A stretch of 64,000 nucleotides of DNA from Candidatus Babeliales bacterium (GTDB taxonomy: Bacteria; Babelota; Babeliae; Babelales; JANWKD01), in the NCBI GenBank assembly GCA_963701665.1, contig OY969622.1, positions 352,001 through 416,000 on the forward strand, in the 5' to 3' direction. Under the pieces are notes generated by a model. That model saw nothing but the letters and a program-made list of their open reading frames with translations. It was not told the origin of the DNA and made no database searches. The stretch's first letter is position 1, and each line of letters begins with the position of its first letter. This document shows, piece by piece, positions 33,601 through 42,862 of this stretch. The position numbers were made by a program, and so were the translations under genes.

Positions 33601-34097
33601 TGCCACTCGTTTGTTGCGTGTGCCAAAGCTATTGCGCGCGCTTGATCTGGCGCGAGTGCTGGACCTTGTTGATCTTCTGCAATTATTTCAACAAATCCAT
33701 ACGGTTTTCCAAGAGGGGTAAATTTGATTGTCGCTTCATTAACTTCATGTTCTTTGAAATGGCGCACTGACCATGTATAAGGCGAATAATCAGCATCATG
33801 AAGCATTTCTTTAAATTTTGCCAATCCGCCGCCTTCAAGTTCGATGAAATTTTTTGTTTGAGAATCAACATCAAAAGAAGCCGCTCGTTTATAGGCGTCT
33901 GGGCCCCAATGATTGCGGAGCATGAGATCTTGAGCGGTACTTAATGCATGCTGACGATCCATGGTAATTTTGAGATCAATAATAGGGAATGCCTTAGAAA
34001 AATAGTTGAATGAAAACCAACAACCGCCTGCAAATATTAAGAAAAAAAGTATCCAGAAGATTGGTTTTTTTGTCAATCCTTGAAAGTGATACATCAT
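30696..34097 (-). CDS. Large CPBP (Abi / type II CAAX protease) family intramembrane metalloprotease
   Basis: EECLFR, FGAAH and HYVYD motifs; many TM segments; duplicated extracytoplasmic domain. Confidence 0.85.
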   Translation of the reverse strand: MMYHFQGLTKKPIFWILFFLIFAGGCWFSFNYFSKAFPIIDLKITMDRQHALSTAQDLMLRNHWGPDAYKRAASFDVDSQTKNFIELEGGGLAKFKEMLHDADYSPYTWSVRHFKEHEVNEATIKFTPLGKPYGFVEIIAEDQQGPALAPDQARAIALAHATNEWHINFTHYIEAETSQEVRPNGRIDHTFVYERNDKKVGEAPYRLQLVVSGDRFTKLERSLKVPDAFIRRYKEMRSDNNIIAFIALIAALFLYALGGLVALFFLLRQRIILWKMPLILGSFIGILQGAVMVNELPLLMKFYPTSLSWYSFLSLIFVRILVIMVVFSGLATLIIMTAESLTRKAFGHHLQFWRIWGATAGHSRQVLGRTIGSYLILGFDFAFAIGLYYLALRYFGWWSPAEQLYDPNILAHYLPWLSPLALSLSAGLLEECLFRAIPLSCAHLIGKKYGNHTWWMVGAFILQAVIFGAAHANYPAQPAYVRVIELIIPSFVFGFLYLKFGLLVPIVSHYVYDVIWFSLPIFIASAPTLIISKVLIIIGAIIPILVVLWRIISAHKITNAPDSCYNDAWKPTPQKAHAHAKNITHATTFISSNKNFLYAFCCAGLIACIAWCATLRFEFDGLPLALTRARAIEQAYAMTKQKTSAWQTLASVMQAFPQSMDKLEKQEEEQKLQHHFIWKTSGKDVYRDLLKLSYLKPFAWFVRLVHFNGDVTQRAEEYQIIVHNDQAALEKRHILAEDAALPSFTLQQARKKAHEVLQQEFALNPKDMVEISASPKKLPHRTDWTFIFKVPLIADLHEGGQQRITISLAGNTISDAYRSIFVPETWKRSYTEERTQKAIIKMVCDFLLALLLIGALVLLGFYNNFRYFSMRTFLLFFGILFIKSGIQVLNMWPSLAIHFTTIEPFSHQLWQTILLWFVVALAQSTAIALLVASIVDICTISPQFKNNFVTRVLTALSIGVIPASLSALGAYFSPSLIPRVADFAAASAFLPFLSAALSVLTSYIEAATAFMTLVLASDVLTNGWKRNKILFIGLSLTFGILSMGHSIESTTLLKCLIAGTILGGLFYCAYDLLLRFDKVLLPVVIGSYFILTTAQEAIFNAYYGARIGGILGIILIILMMILWTRVLVQHQQD

Positions 34098-34225
34098 CTA
34101 TCCTTATTTTTAAAAAAGAGTAAAAACATTCTCAACTTACAAGGATTTGTTATTTTGTCTATGATTGGAGATTTAAAGAATAAATGCTCGCAAATGTTAA
34201 TGTTGCGAGCATCTGCATTAATTAA

Positions 34226-34801
34226 TTATTTATTTTGTTCGTTAGGGGAGAATAAAGCGAGCGCTGCCACGTATGCGGGGACAGCATCTACGAGATTTGC
34301 AAAGTCAAGCTCTATAAATATCTTTGTATCAATGTCATAAACGGGAGTAAGCCGGCCTGAAGAGTCTTCTTTATAAAATAAAAGTTTTGGTTTATGTGTT
34401 GATGTACGCATGCGTTTACGCATTGGCTTCACTGGGGCATTCGGTTCTTTGCATGAGTCATCCAATTTGCTAGATGGTGTTGTAGTTCCATATTCCTGAA
34501 ATAAACGGTGTGTGCGTTTATGTGTTGGTTTCTCTCTTCGTTGATGCTTTGATTTCATGGGTGATTTTATTGGTGCCCCTGGCTCTATGGGGATTAATTT
34601 GCAAGAGGACATTTTTCCGCGTTCCCGCATTGCATCTTCTTTAATATTTTCTTTATAAAGCTTATTCAGTTCTTTATCAACTTCATTAAATTCTTCATTG
34701 CAGCATAACAATGGGCTATCTGCCGTTTTTTCTTGCATCGCATATAGAAAAGAAAGTGAGGATGATAATAAAAAGGCCGTTACTAATGGTAGAAGTTTCA
34801 T
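34226..34801 (-). CDS. Hypothetical secreted, low-complexity basic protein
   Basis: AAGGA RBS; signal LYA|MQE; internal repeat. Confidence 0.75.
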   Translation of the reverse strand: MKLLPLVTAFLLSSSLSFLYAMQEKTADSPLLCCNEEFNEVDKELNKLYKENIKEDAMRERGKMSSCKLIPIEPGAPIKSPMKSKHQRREKPTHKRTHRLFQEYGTTTPSSKLDDSCKEPNAPVKPMRKRMRTSTHKPKLLFYKEDSSGRLTPVYDIDTKIFIELDFANLVDAVPAYVAALALFSPNEQNK

Positions 34802-34889
34802 TGAATTCCTTTATAAGTTTTTATAGTTTTAAATAGAATTGTTGTAGCTCATTTCATGTTGTTTTAATTCATTCAAAACTCCTTCAAAA

Positions 34890-34927
34890 AAAATCGGTTG
34901 GTTAACATATTTTAACCAACCGATTTA
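34890..34927. terminator. Hairpin terminator
   Basis: AAAATCGGTTGGTTAA-CATATT-TTAACCAACCGATTTT. Confidence 0.8.
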
Positions 34928-34956
34928 TAAAATCCAATGAAAAATAATTTGAAGTT

Positions 34957-35298
34957 TTATTTTGTCTTACTCAGGAATTCAAATTTAGCAGCATTTATTC
35001 TTTTGACTGGATCAGAACTATTTTTATGTTGAGCAACATAATTTTGTATTTCTGCATCAACAACTTCTTGCTCATTTTCTTCAAGCTCAGATCTGTTGAA
35101 GTGTGCATTCATTAGCCCAATTTCTGTAGCGCCAAAAGATGGATTTTGGTAAATTTCAGGTGCTAAGAGTGTATCCAATTCTGCTTCAATGGCATCTTTG
35201 TCTACGGGAGTGTTACCCCAAGGAAATGGTACCTGCATTGAAAATGTAGGCAAGATAACCATGCTTGATAAAATAAGCATTAAAAATTTACTGTTCAT
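34957..35298 (-). CDS. Hypothetical secreted protein
   Basis: AAGGGA RBS; signal TFS|MQV. Confidence 0.7.
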   Translation of the reverse strand: MNSKFLMLILSSMVILPTFSMQVPFPWGNTPVDKDAIEAELDTLLAPEIYQNPSFGATEIGLMNAHFNRSELEENEQEVVDAEIQNYVAQHKNSSDPVKRINAAKFEFLSKTK

Positions 35299-35408
35299 TT
35301 ATGTCCCTTTGTTTATATGAAATTAAATATTATTTTGAATAATATACGATAGAGAGATTATCTCATAAAAAATTCTGATTGTCAATAAGTATTGCGGGTT
35401 TTGCTTAA

Positions 35409-36749
35409 TTATTCAGAGAATAAGGTAAGAAGCTCGTAAACGCTGCCGAATTTGACGACTTTAGGGATGGACTTTTCTAGCTTCTGGTTTTGAGCGACAA
35501 AGAGGGTAGAAATGCCAAATTTTTGGGCTTCAAGGGCATGAATGCTTATTTGATTAATGGGTTTTATTTGCCCAGTTAAGCTGATTTCGCCAAGAGCAAT
35601 TGATTTTTCAGGGAGCGGTTTTTGGAAGTAGCTTGAGAGCAACGCGAGCGCTATGCCAAGATCAATGCCATGTTCTTTAATCTTAAAGCCGCCGCTGATT
35701 TTAAAAAAAATATCATGGGCGCTGAATCTGATTTGCAGATATTTTTCTAGGATTGCTGCAATAATGATAACTTGCTTTTGATCAATGCCAGAAATCACCC
35801 GTTGTGGCATACCAAATTTTGAGCTGACAGTGAGTGCTTGTAATTCAATAAGTAAGGGTTTTGAACCCTCAATATAACTTATAAGCATGGAACCTGGCGC
35901 ATAGGAAGCTTCATTAAGCAACTGCTGATTTATGTTGGCAACTTCTTGCAAACCATATTCTTTCATTTCAAAAAAACCAAGTTCATTAATGCCCCCGAAC
36001 CGGTTTTTTACCGAGCGCAAAACGCGTGTCTGCCAACGATCTTCTCCTTGTAAATAAAAGACGGCATCGACCATATGTTCAAGAAGTTTTGGTCCTGCCA
36101 TGGTGCCTTCTTTAGTGATATGGCCCGTTAAAATAACACTAATCATATGTTCTTTGGCAAGACGCATGACATGAAATGCTGCTTCGCGTAGTTGTCCTAC
36201 CGTGCCTGGAATAGTCTGCGAAGTGGAAGTATAACAGTTTTGAATAGAATCAATAACAATAAGATCAGGTTTTTGTTGTTCTGCCATGCTCAAAATAGTT
36301 TCCAAATTGCCGTGATCTGAAAAAAGCAATTTAGTTTCTTTGCATTGCAAACGTTCAGCGCGTTGAGATACTTGCTCAAGTGATTCTTCTGATGAAAAAT
36401 AAAATATAGTGTAATTGCGTGCAAGGTGATGGGCAACTTGCAAAAGTAATGTTGATTTTCCGATACCTGGATCGCCCGTTAAAATAAGTAATGATCCTGG
36501 CATAATACCGCCGCCCATAACTCTATCCCATTCATGGATACCCGAGAGCATGCGTTTATGATCAGTTTTAACAATTGTCGAGAGCGATGTTAACGTAGCT
36601 GGCTTGCCGCTAAAAGAAGAAGGGGCATGTTTTGTTTCTTGTTTTTCAGTAATGCTTCCCCAATCTTGACATTCTGGGCAACAGCCAAGCCATTTTGGCG
36701 GACGGTAATCGCAATTAGTACAATAATATTCAATTTTTTGTTTGCTCAT
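35409..36749 (-). CDS. radA: DNA repair protein RadA/Sms
   Basis: CxxC..CPEC zinc finger, GDPGIGKST, KNRFG. Confidence 0.96.
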   Translation of the reverse strand: MSKQKIEYYCTNCDYRPPKWLGCCPECQDWGSITEKQETKHAPSSFSGKPATLTSLSTIVKTDHKRMLSGIHEWDRVMGGGIMPGSLLILTGDPGIGKSTLLLQVAHHLARNYTIFYFSSEESLEQVSQRAERLQCKETKLLFSDHGNLETILSMAEQQKPDLIVIDSIQNCYTSTSQTIPGTVGQLREAAFHVMRLAKEHMISVILTGHITKEGTMAGPKLLEHMVDAVFYLQGEDRWQTRVLRSVKNRFGGINELGFFEMKEYGLQEVANINQQLLNEASYAPGSMLISYIEGSKPLLIELQALTVSSKFGMPQRVISGIDQKQVIIIAAILEKYLQIRFSAHDIFFKISGGFKIKEHGIDLGIALALLSSYFQKPLPEKSIALGEISLTGQIKPINQISIHALEAQKFGISTLFVAQNQKLEKSIPKVVKFGSVYELLTLFSE

Positions 36750-36890
36750 GCGCTCATAATTTTTTTTGTGCAACAGACATCTCTTGTAAAAGAGTACGTT
36801 TTATATTAATTTTTGACAAATGGTTTTATGTGCATCATAGTGCATTACCTTAATAAAACTTTCTACATTAATGTTGGCATAGGATTTTTA

Positions 36891-38237
36891 ATGAACATAA
36901 ACCCTGATAATCAAGCAAGTACGCAGTACGGAACATCGAAACCAGTAACATTGCCGTGTGCGAGTGATGCGTCATTAAAACTTGAACAATCACTTGATCT
37001 TCGTGGCACGGTATCTTTAATTGGCGCAAAAAATGCAACGCTTGTTATTATGGCATCATTATTGCTTACAGAAGGTGTTTCAATTCTTACGAATGTTCCA
37101 TGTTCTGATGATGTTTTGCAAATGATTGAGTTGTTGCGCGATCTTGGGGCAACCGTAATTTTTTATTCGGATAAAAATACGCTTGAAGTTGACACGCGTT
37201 TTGTTAATAACTATAAAGTTAATCCCGCAATTATGAAAAAAATGCGTGCGTCTGTGCTTGTTATGGGTCCTTTATTGGCACGATTCTCACGCGCAGATAT
37301 TGCATTGCCCGGTGGTTGTGCCATTGGTGAACGGCCAATAGATTTTCATATTAAAAATTTTGAAAAAATGAATGTCGAGTGCGTCATTGATGGAGAATTT
37401 TTAATTGGAGCTACGACAAAATTAAAATCTGGAACGCTCGTTTTGGATTATCCAAGTGTTGGTGCCACTGAAAATTTAATGATGGCTGCGACGCTCACGC
37501 GGGGAACAACGCGTATTATTAACGCGTCTCTCGAACCGGAAGTATTAGATTTGATTGCAGTGTTACGTGCGATGGGCGCTCAAATTGAAATTGCGCCACC
37601 CGCTACCTTACTAATAACGGGTGTTTCTGAATTGTTACCCATTACGCATCATATTATGTACGATCGTCTTGAAGCAGGAGCGCTTTTATTAGCAGCGGCA
37701 ATAACCGGCGGCAGTGTGACATTGCCTGATGCTGATGCGAATGTCATGGATGTTTTCTTGCTCAAATTACAAGAAATGGGCCATGCCGTGAAAGTTGGTA
37801 ACAATGGTAAAGGCATCACCTTGCACGCGACCAAACAGCCGCGCGCTGTGTCATTTAGCACGGCTCCTTATCCAGGTTTTCCGACCGATTTGCAAGCGCC
37901 TATGATGGCTGCTCAATGTTTAGCGGCTGGAAAAAGCATAATCCATGAAACGGTGTTTGAAAATCGCTTTCTTCATGTGCGCGAGTTACAAAAAATGGGC
38001 GCACAAATTACTATTCAGGGTGATCGCGTGACGGTAACTGGCGTTGATGCTTTATATGGGGCTTCTGTTATTGCTCCTGATATACGTGCATCATGTGCGC
38101 TCGTATTGGCAGGACTTGCAGCAAAGGGTACAACATTTGTGACGGGCATACATCATTGGAAACGAGGGTATGAAGCGCTTGAAAAGAAATTATCATCACT
38201 TGGCGCGCGTATTATCCTAAAAAAAGCTGCCGGCTAA
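36891..38237 (+). CDS. murA: UDP-N-acetylglucosamine 1-carboxyvinyltransferase
   Basis: GAKNA, LPGGCAIG, YPGFPTDLQ, RGYE. Confidence 0.96.
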   Translation: MNINPDNQASTQYGTSKPVTLPCASDASLKLEQSLDLRGTVSLIGAKNATLVIMASLLLTEGVSILTNVPCSDDVLQMIELLRDLGATVIFYSDKNTLEVDTRFVNNYKVNPAIMKKMRASVLVMGPLLARFSRADIALPGGCAIGERPIDFHIKNFEKMNVECVIDGEFLIGATTKLKSGTLVLDYPSVGATENLMMAATLTRGTTRIINASLEPEVLDLIAVLRAMGAQIEIAPPATLLITGVSELLPITHHIMYDRLEAGALLLAAAITGGSVTLPDADANVMDVFLLKLQEMGHAVKVGNNGKGITLHATKQPRAVSFSTAPYPGFPTDLQAPMMAAQCLAAGKSIIHETVFENRFLHVRELQKMGAQITIQGDRVTVTGVDALYGASVIAPDIRASCALVLAGLAAKGTTFVTGIHHWKRGYEALEKKLSSLGARIILKKAAG

Positions 38238-39068
38238 ATCAGTAAGTTCGCGCGTAATTTTACTTTGACGTAATTTATTATAGTTCAATCGCATTTCTTC
38301 AAGTAACGTTGTTGCATTACGGGTAGAATTATCCATCGCAATGAAACGTGATGCTTGTTCAGCAATAAGTGATTGAAAAAGAAGATGATAAAGATTGGTA
38401 TACAAAACATGCTCTACCAAGAAATCCATAATTTCTTCGGGTGATTGTTCCCAAGCATATTCGGATAGAATATCATTACCGTTTGTAACGGCATGCTGTT
38501 CAGCTAGGGGAATGATCATGGTTTGTTGGGGCCGTTGCGTGAAGAAAGTTTTTGAATAACTACTAAAAACGATCACTGATGTGTAAGGGATTGCACTCGT
38601 TTTTATGTGGGCAATAATACTTTGTGTGATACTTGGCAATGTATGCATAGTAAATTGATGAAATTCCTTCACAACATGAGATTTTTGTTGGAGATATTCA
38701 GCCATTTTTTTTCCAACAACTATGATGTCGTAATCATATGCGGTAGTTTTTGCTAGTTCGTCTAAAAAAAAAGTGCATACTTCTGTATTGAAACTACCAC
38801 AAAGCCCTTTTTGAGAGCCAAGCACTATGAACAATGTTTTTTTGTGTGTTGTTTGGCTTTTTTTAAGAAGCGAGTGGTGCCATTTTTTGCTCGATGAGCT
38901 TAACAACGTGAACAGTGATGAAATTTCATGAGTATAGGCATCAAGCGCAGTTTTTTTTGCACGTAAACGCAGATGCGTTGACATGGCAATAAGGCGCATA
39001 GCGTGAGTTATTTTCTTGATCGTTTCTATCGCTTTTATGCGCTGTCGCATTTGAATGAGTTGTGCCAT
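38217..39068 (-). CDS. atpG: ATP synthase subunit gamma (isolated from the atp operon)
   Basis: KKITHAM, KGLCGSFN, YNKLRQSKITREL. Confidence 0.95.
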   Translation of the reverse strand: MAQLIQMRQRIKAIETIKKITHAMRLIAMSTHLRLRAKKTALDAYTHEISSLFTLLSSSSKKWHHSLLKKSQTTHKKTLFIVLGSQKGLCGSFNTEVCTFFLDELAKTTAYDYDIIVVGKKMAEYLQQKSHVVKEFHQFTMHTLPSITQSIIAHIKTSAIPYTSVIVFSSYSKTFFTQRPQQTMIIPLAEQHAVTNGNDILSEYAWEQSPEEIMDFLVEHVLYTNLYHLLFQSLIAEQASRFIAMDNSTRNATTLLEEMRLNYNKLRQSKITRELTDLAGSFF

Positions 39069-39285
39069 AGAGAAGCCTTACCGATGCACTAGGAACAGAT
39101 TTTGTACATTAAAATTAAAATAACCAGTATTTCATTATTTTGCAATACATACTCAAAAATTTCGATTTGTAAAAATGTTTTCGAGGGATATGCTACAATT
39201 TTAGACAAAAATGTTTAGAAATATGGCTTAATGCTTTACGCTTGAAAGCGGAAGGTAATTAAGTGATATGTAACGTGCGGGGAAT

Positions 39286-39858
39286 ATGATACTTATTGTA
39301 GATGGTTATAACGTACTTAAAAAATCGGTTGGAAGCTCAGCGAGTGTGCGTGAACGAGATGCTTTCATTAAAGCAGTCACTCGCTATGCGCATGCAAAAA
39401 AACACATGATAGTACTTGTTTTTGATGGGGGTGCTTCTTCATGGCTCGAAACATTCGCCCCTTCTACCCATGTGAAAGTTATCTATGTTGGTCATGGCAA
39501 ATCTGCCGATGATTTTATTAAAGAATACCTAGAAATGCACAAAAAAGAAGACATTGCACTCGTTTCAAGTGATCGAGAGCTCAATAGATTTGCAGATAAA
39601 CGCTCGATTCCTTCTCTTGAAGCGCACGCGTTCATGGAACTTGTCGAGGGCGTTGTTGCAGGCAACGATAAAAACGAGCGCAAAGGAACGAGTGCTTTAC
39701 ATAAAGTTTCGTCAACGGAAAATGAAGCACTCGATGAACTAATGGCCGCATTAGAACCTGAAATGAAAAAAGAAGAAGGCGACAAAATGCCACCTTCAAA
39801 GAAAAATATGCCTTCAAAAAAAGAACGATTTTTGTTAAAGAAGGTAAAAAAATTATAA
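39286..39858 (+). CDS. YacP-like NYN domain ribonuclease
   Basis: IVDGYN, VFDG, SADDFI, VSSDR. Confidence 0.85.
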   Translation: MILIVDGYNVLKKSVGSSASVRERDAFIKAVTRYAHAKKHMIVLVFDGGASSWLETFAPSTHVKVIYVGHGKSADDFIKEYLEMHKKEDIALVSSDRELNRFADKRSIPSLEAHAFMELVEGVVAGNDKNERKGTSALHKVSSTENEALDELMAALEPEMKKEEGDKMPPSKKNMPSKKERFLLKKVKKL

Positions 39859-39861
39859 AAG

Positions 39862-40227
39862 TTACGGCCTAACTAGATGTATAAAAGCAAGATAAAGCAA
39901 CGCAGCTTCCATGCCTAACGCCGTTAACTCGCGCCAACATTTTTCAGGAATTGCACTGAGCCCTTGTACCGTTGACCATGCCAATAGTTCATTATCTGTT
40001 AAAAGCTCTTGCTTATCATACTCTTTTAATTCATCGGCGTAGGTAACAGCTACTTTTTTGCAATGCAGGTAGCGGTGTCCACAATCTTTTAATATTTCTC
40101 CACCGAGCCATGTTGCCGTTACTAATGCTCCTGCTGCAATAGCTAAGTTGACTGGATCACGTGTAATTGGTGAAGTTTTTTGTGGGATAAGCAGCAAAAG
40201 TAAAGTTGCCAAAATAAATACTTTCAT
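39862..40227 (-). CDS. Hypothetical membrane or exported protein
   Basis: AGGTGG RBS before the ATG at 40227; hydrophobic segments. Confidence 0.6.
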   Translation of the reverse strand: MKVFILATLLLLLIPQKTSPITRDPVNLAIAAGALVTATWLGGEILKDCGHRYLHCKKVAVTYADELKEYDKQELLTDNELLAWSTVQGLSAIPEKCWRELTALGMEAALLYLAFIHLVRP

Positions 40228-40417
40228 GGTCCACCTATAATAAAAAATGTAATAATTATTTAAAATCTTGAAAATTCTCGATCTTAAGCATCTTAATTGT
40301 ATATAAGGAAAAGTAAAATTGGTATAGAGAGAATCAGCTGGCAAGTTATTATCTACAGGATACCCGCAGAACTTTCGTGATAAATAAAAGTATGGTGAAA
40401 AAGCAAAGGGAAAAAGA

Positions 40418-41104
40418 ATGAAGATACTTATGGTGCTGACATCTCACGATCAACTCGGCAATACCGGCCGCAAGACCGGTTTCTGGCTCGAGGAGTTCGC
40501 AGCTCCTTATTATGTATTTAGGGATGCAGGTGTTGACTTAACGTTAGCCTCACCTAAAGGTGGACAACCGCCAATTGATCCCAAAAGCGATCTTCTAGAT
40601 AATCAAACTCCCGCAATGACGCGGTTCAAACAAGATAAAGTAGCGCAACAAGCGCTTGCTCATACAGTTAAGCTCGCCGATATGAAGGCGAAAGATTTTG
40701 ACGCTATATTCTATTCGGGTGGACATGGCCCTATGTGGGATCTTGTCGATAACCCCGATTCAATAGCTCTGATAGAGTCTTTCTACAACGCAGACAAGCC
40801 TGTTACCGCGGTCTGCCATGCGCCGGGAGTTCTTCATCGAGTGACTTATAAGGGAGCTCCAATTGTGAAGGGTAAGAAGGTGACGGGTTTTACTAATGGT
40901 GAAGAGGAAGATGTCCACCTCACCAAGGTTGTGCCATTTCTTGTCGAAGATGAGCTGAAGAGGCTGGGCGGTCTTTATGAGAAAGGGCCCGATTGGAAGA
41001 GCTTTGTGGTAGTTGATGGTCGACTTATTACCGGGCAGAATCCTGCATCATCGACTGCGGCAGCACGTGCACTTTTGGATTTATTGTCGCGCAAATCTGC
41101 GTAG
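40418..41104 (+). CDS. DJ-1/PfpI type 1 glutamine amidotransferase-like protein
   Basis: TGFWLEE, GGHGPMWD, VCHAP, ITGQNPAS. Confidence 0.93.
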   Translation: MKILMVLTSHDQLGNTGRKTGFWLEEFAAPYYVFRDAGVDLTLASPKGGQPPIDPKSDLLDNQTPAMTRFKQDKVAQQALAHTVKLADMKAKDFDAIFYSGGHGPMWDLVDNPDSIALIESFYNADKPVTAVCHAPGVLHRVTYKGAPIVKGKKVTGFTNGEEEDVHLTKVVPFLVEDELKRLGGLYEKGPDWKSFVVVDGRLITGQNPASSTAAARALLDLLSRKSA

Positions 41105-41182
41105 TTGCTTGGTATTTTGCTAAAATTAATACTATCATGATAGAAATAGCTCATTTTGAAGGCAAAGTACATTAAAAAAGAG

Positions 41183-41629
41183 ATGAAAAAAATAGCAGGC
41201 ATTCAACACACGTATACTCTTGAGAACCTGGCAGCAATTGTTGACGAGCTTTATGGGCTTAAACAGAAATGTAAGATTTTTACGTTGACTGGTGATTTAG
41301 GGGCAGGTAAAACGACGTTAGTAAAAGCATTATTAAAAAGATTTGGCGTGCATGAGCCAGTAACAAGCCCGACCTTTAGCTATGTTAATACCTATACAAA
41401 TGCTCAAAACGAAAAGCTACATCATTTTGATTTGTATCGTCTTTCAAATAGTGATGAATTTTTGCATGCAGGATTTGATGAGTTTTTGTATGAACCGCAT
41501 AGTTGGGTGTTTATTGAATGGCCTGCAATTGTTGAGCCTTTATTGCAGCATAGTGTATGCAAAATTGTGCTAGACTATGATCCCCAAAATCATAAACAAC
41601 GGATTATAACCTATCAGGTTATTGAATAA
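41183..41629 (+). CDS. tsaE: tRNA threonylcarbamoyladenosine biosynthesis ATPase
   Basis: GDLGAGKTT, VTSPTF, HFDLYRL, IEW. Confidence 0.95.
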   Translation: MKKIAGIQHTYTLENLAAIVDELYGLKQKCKIFTLTGDLGAGKTTLVKALLKRFGVHEPVTSPTFSYVNTYTNAQNEKLHHFDLYRLSNSDEFLHAGFDEFLYEPHSWVFIEWPAIVEPLLQHSVCKIVLDYDPQNHKQRIITYQVIE

Positions 41630-41682
41630 GGGCGAATGGGTCGAGACCTTTTGCCTTTTGTTAAAAGCCATAAAGGAAATGT

Positions 41683-41907
41683 ATGACCTATCAGAGCCCC
41701 TTAGCATCAAAGCCAGATTATCTGGTATGTACCTGCATGGGGGTTATGTATTCTGAAATAGCTGCGGCAATAAAAAATGGGTCTGTTACCTATGAATCAT
41801 TATCTGAACATCTTATGGTTGGTAGTGGCTGCAGCAGTTGTGTGCAAGAAGTGCATGATATCCTGCGTCAAGAGCTAGAATTATCATTAAAAGGTAAACA
41901 AAACTAA
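41683..41907 (+). CDS. BFD-like (2Fe-2S)-binding protein
   Basis: VCTC..GSGCSSC motif. Confidence 0.8.
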   Translation: MTYQSPLASKPDYLVCTCMGVMYSEIAAAIKNGSVTYESLSEHLMVGSGCSSCVQEVHDILRQELELSLKGKQN

Positions 41908-41996
41908 GAACATTCTTGTGAAAACGAGTATCAAATTTATTGAAATTTGATAAAATGATTGAAATCTTTGAGAAAAACAATATCATAAAATCCATT

Positions 41997-42082
41997 GGTG
42001 AGATTCCCGAGTGGCCAAAGGGGACGGACTGTAAATCCGTTGGTTTATACCTTCGCAGGTTCGAATCCTGCTCTCACCACCA
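41997..42082 (+). tRNA. tRNA-Tyr(GTA)
   Basis: ACGGA-CT-GTA-AA-TCCGT, long variable arm, CCA end. Confidence 0.96.
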
Positions 42083-42226
42083 ATCTACGCCTGCATGGGG
42101 AAAAACTTCGATGTACTATTTGGCTACGATTGGCTGCGCCAGTTTCTTTAAGGGAGTGATGGCGTAGATTGCCCGTCGAAGCTCAATTTTGCTTCGAAGA
42201 TATGCCAATGCAAGCGAAGACTGGGC
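42081..42226 (+). repeat. tRNA-adjacent structured repeat, copy 2
   Basis: CAATCTACGCC..GGCGTAGATTG followed by GCCCGTCGAAGCT..AGCGAAGACTGGGC. Confidence 0.85.
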
Positions 42227-42300
42227 GGCAGTAGCTCACCAGAGCGTAGTAGGGCTGGTTAGGTTTGCCCCTATTGACTATTATGGTAGTATTGAAATAT

Positions 42301-42376
42301 GCGGGAATAGCTCAATTGGTAGAGCGACAGCCTTCCAAGCTGTAGGTTGCGGGTTCGAGCCCCGTTTCCCGCTCCA
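42301..42376 (+). tRNA. tRNA-Gly(TCC)
   Basis: GCGGGAATAGCTCA..CT-TCC-AA..CCCGCTCCA. Confidence 0.97.
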
Positions 42377-42406
42377 AAAAAGAGAATATACAACAAGGTA
42401 AGTAAT

Positions 42407-42482
42407 GCTGGCGTAGCTCAGTTGGTAGAGCAGCTGATTTGTAATCAGCAGGTCGCTGGTTCAAGTCCAGTCGCCAGCTCCA
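42407..42482 (+). tRNA. tRNA-Thr(TGT)
   Basis: GCTGA-TT-TGT-AA-TCAGC. Confidence 0.97.
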
Positions 42483-42579
42483 AAAAAGCGGTAGGTAATT
42501 TGCAGCAGAACAATTTGTGTTTTTATTAATTTTTATTTATTCTATATCATAACTCATGCGTAATCGTGTGTTATTTTTG

Positions 42580-42655
42580 GCCCACGTAGCTCAGTCGGTA
42601 GAGCACTTCCTTGGTAAGGGAGAGGTCACCGGTTCAAATCCGGTCGCGGGCTCCA
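42580..42655 (+). tRNA. tRNA-Thr(GGT)
   Basis: CTTCC-TT-GGT-AA-GGGAG. Confidence 0.97.
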
Positions 42656-42698
42656 TGAGAAAAATTCATCAATACATGTAGCGTTAATTGGTAAAAAA

Positions 42699-42854
42699 AT
42701 GGCAAAAAATAGAGTAACTACCCATTTATCCTGTGAAGTGTGCAAAGAGCGCAACTATACACAGGTAGCGGGAAAAAGAACCGTCGGGTCATTAAAATTA
42801 AGTAAATATTGTTTTCGATGCCGAAAGCATAACCCTCATAAGGAAACAAAATAA
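42699..42854 (+). CDS. rpmG: 50S ribosomal protein L33 (Zn-binding type)
   Basis: Hand translation [36 protein letters not shown]. Confidence 0.95.
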   Translation: MAKNRVTTHLSCEVCKERNYTQVAGKRTVGSLKLSKYCFRCRKHNPHKETK

Positions 42855-42862
42855 ATTTCTGG

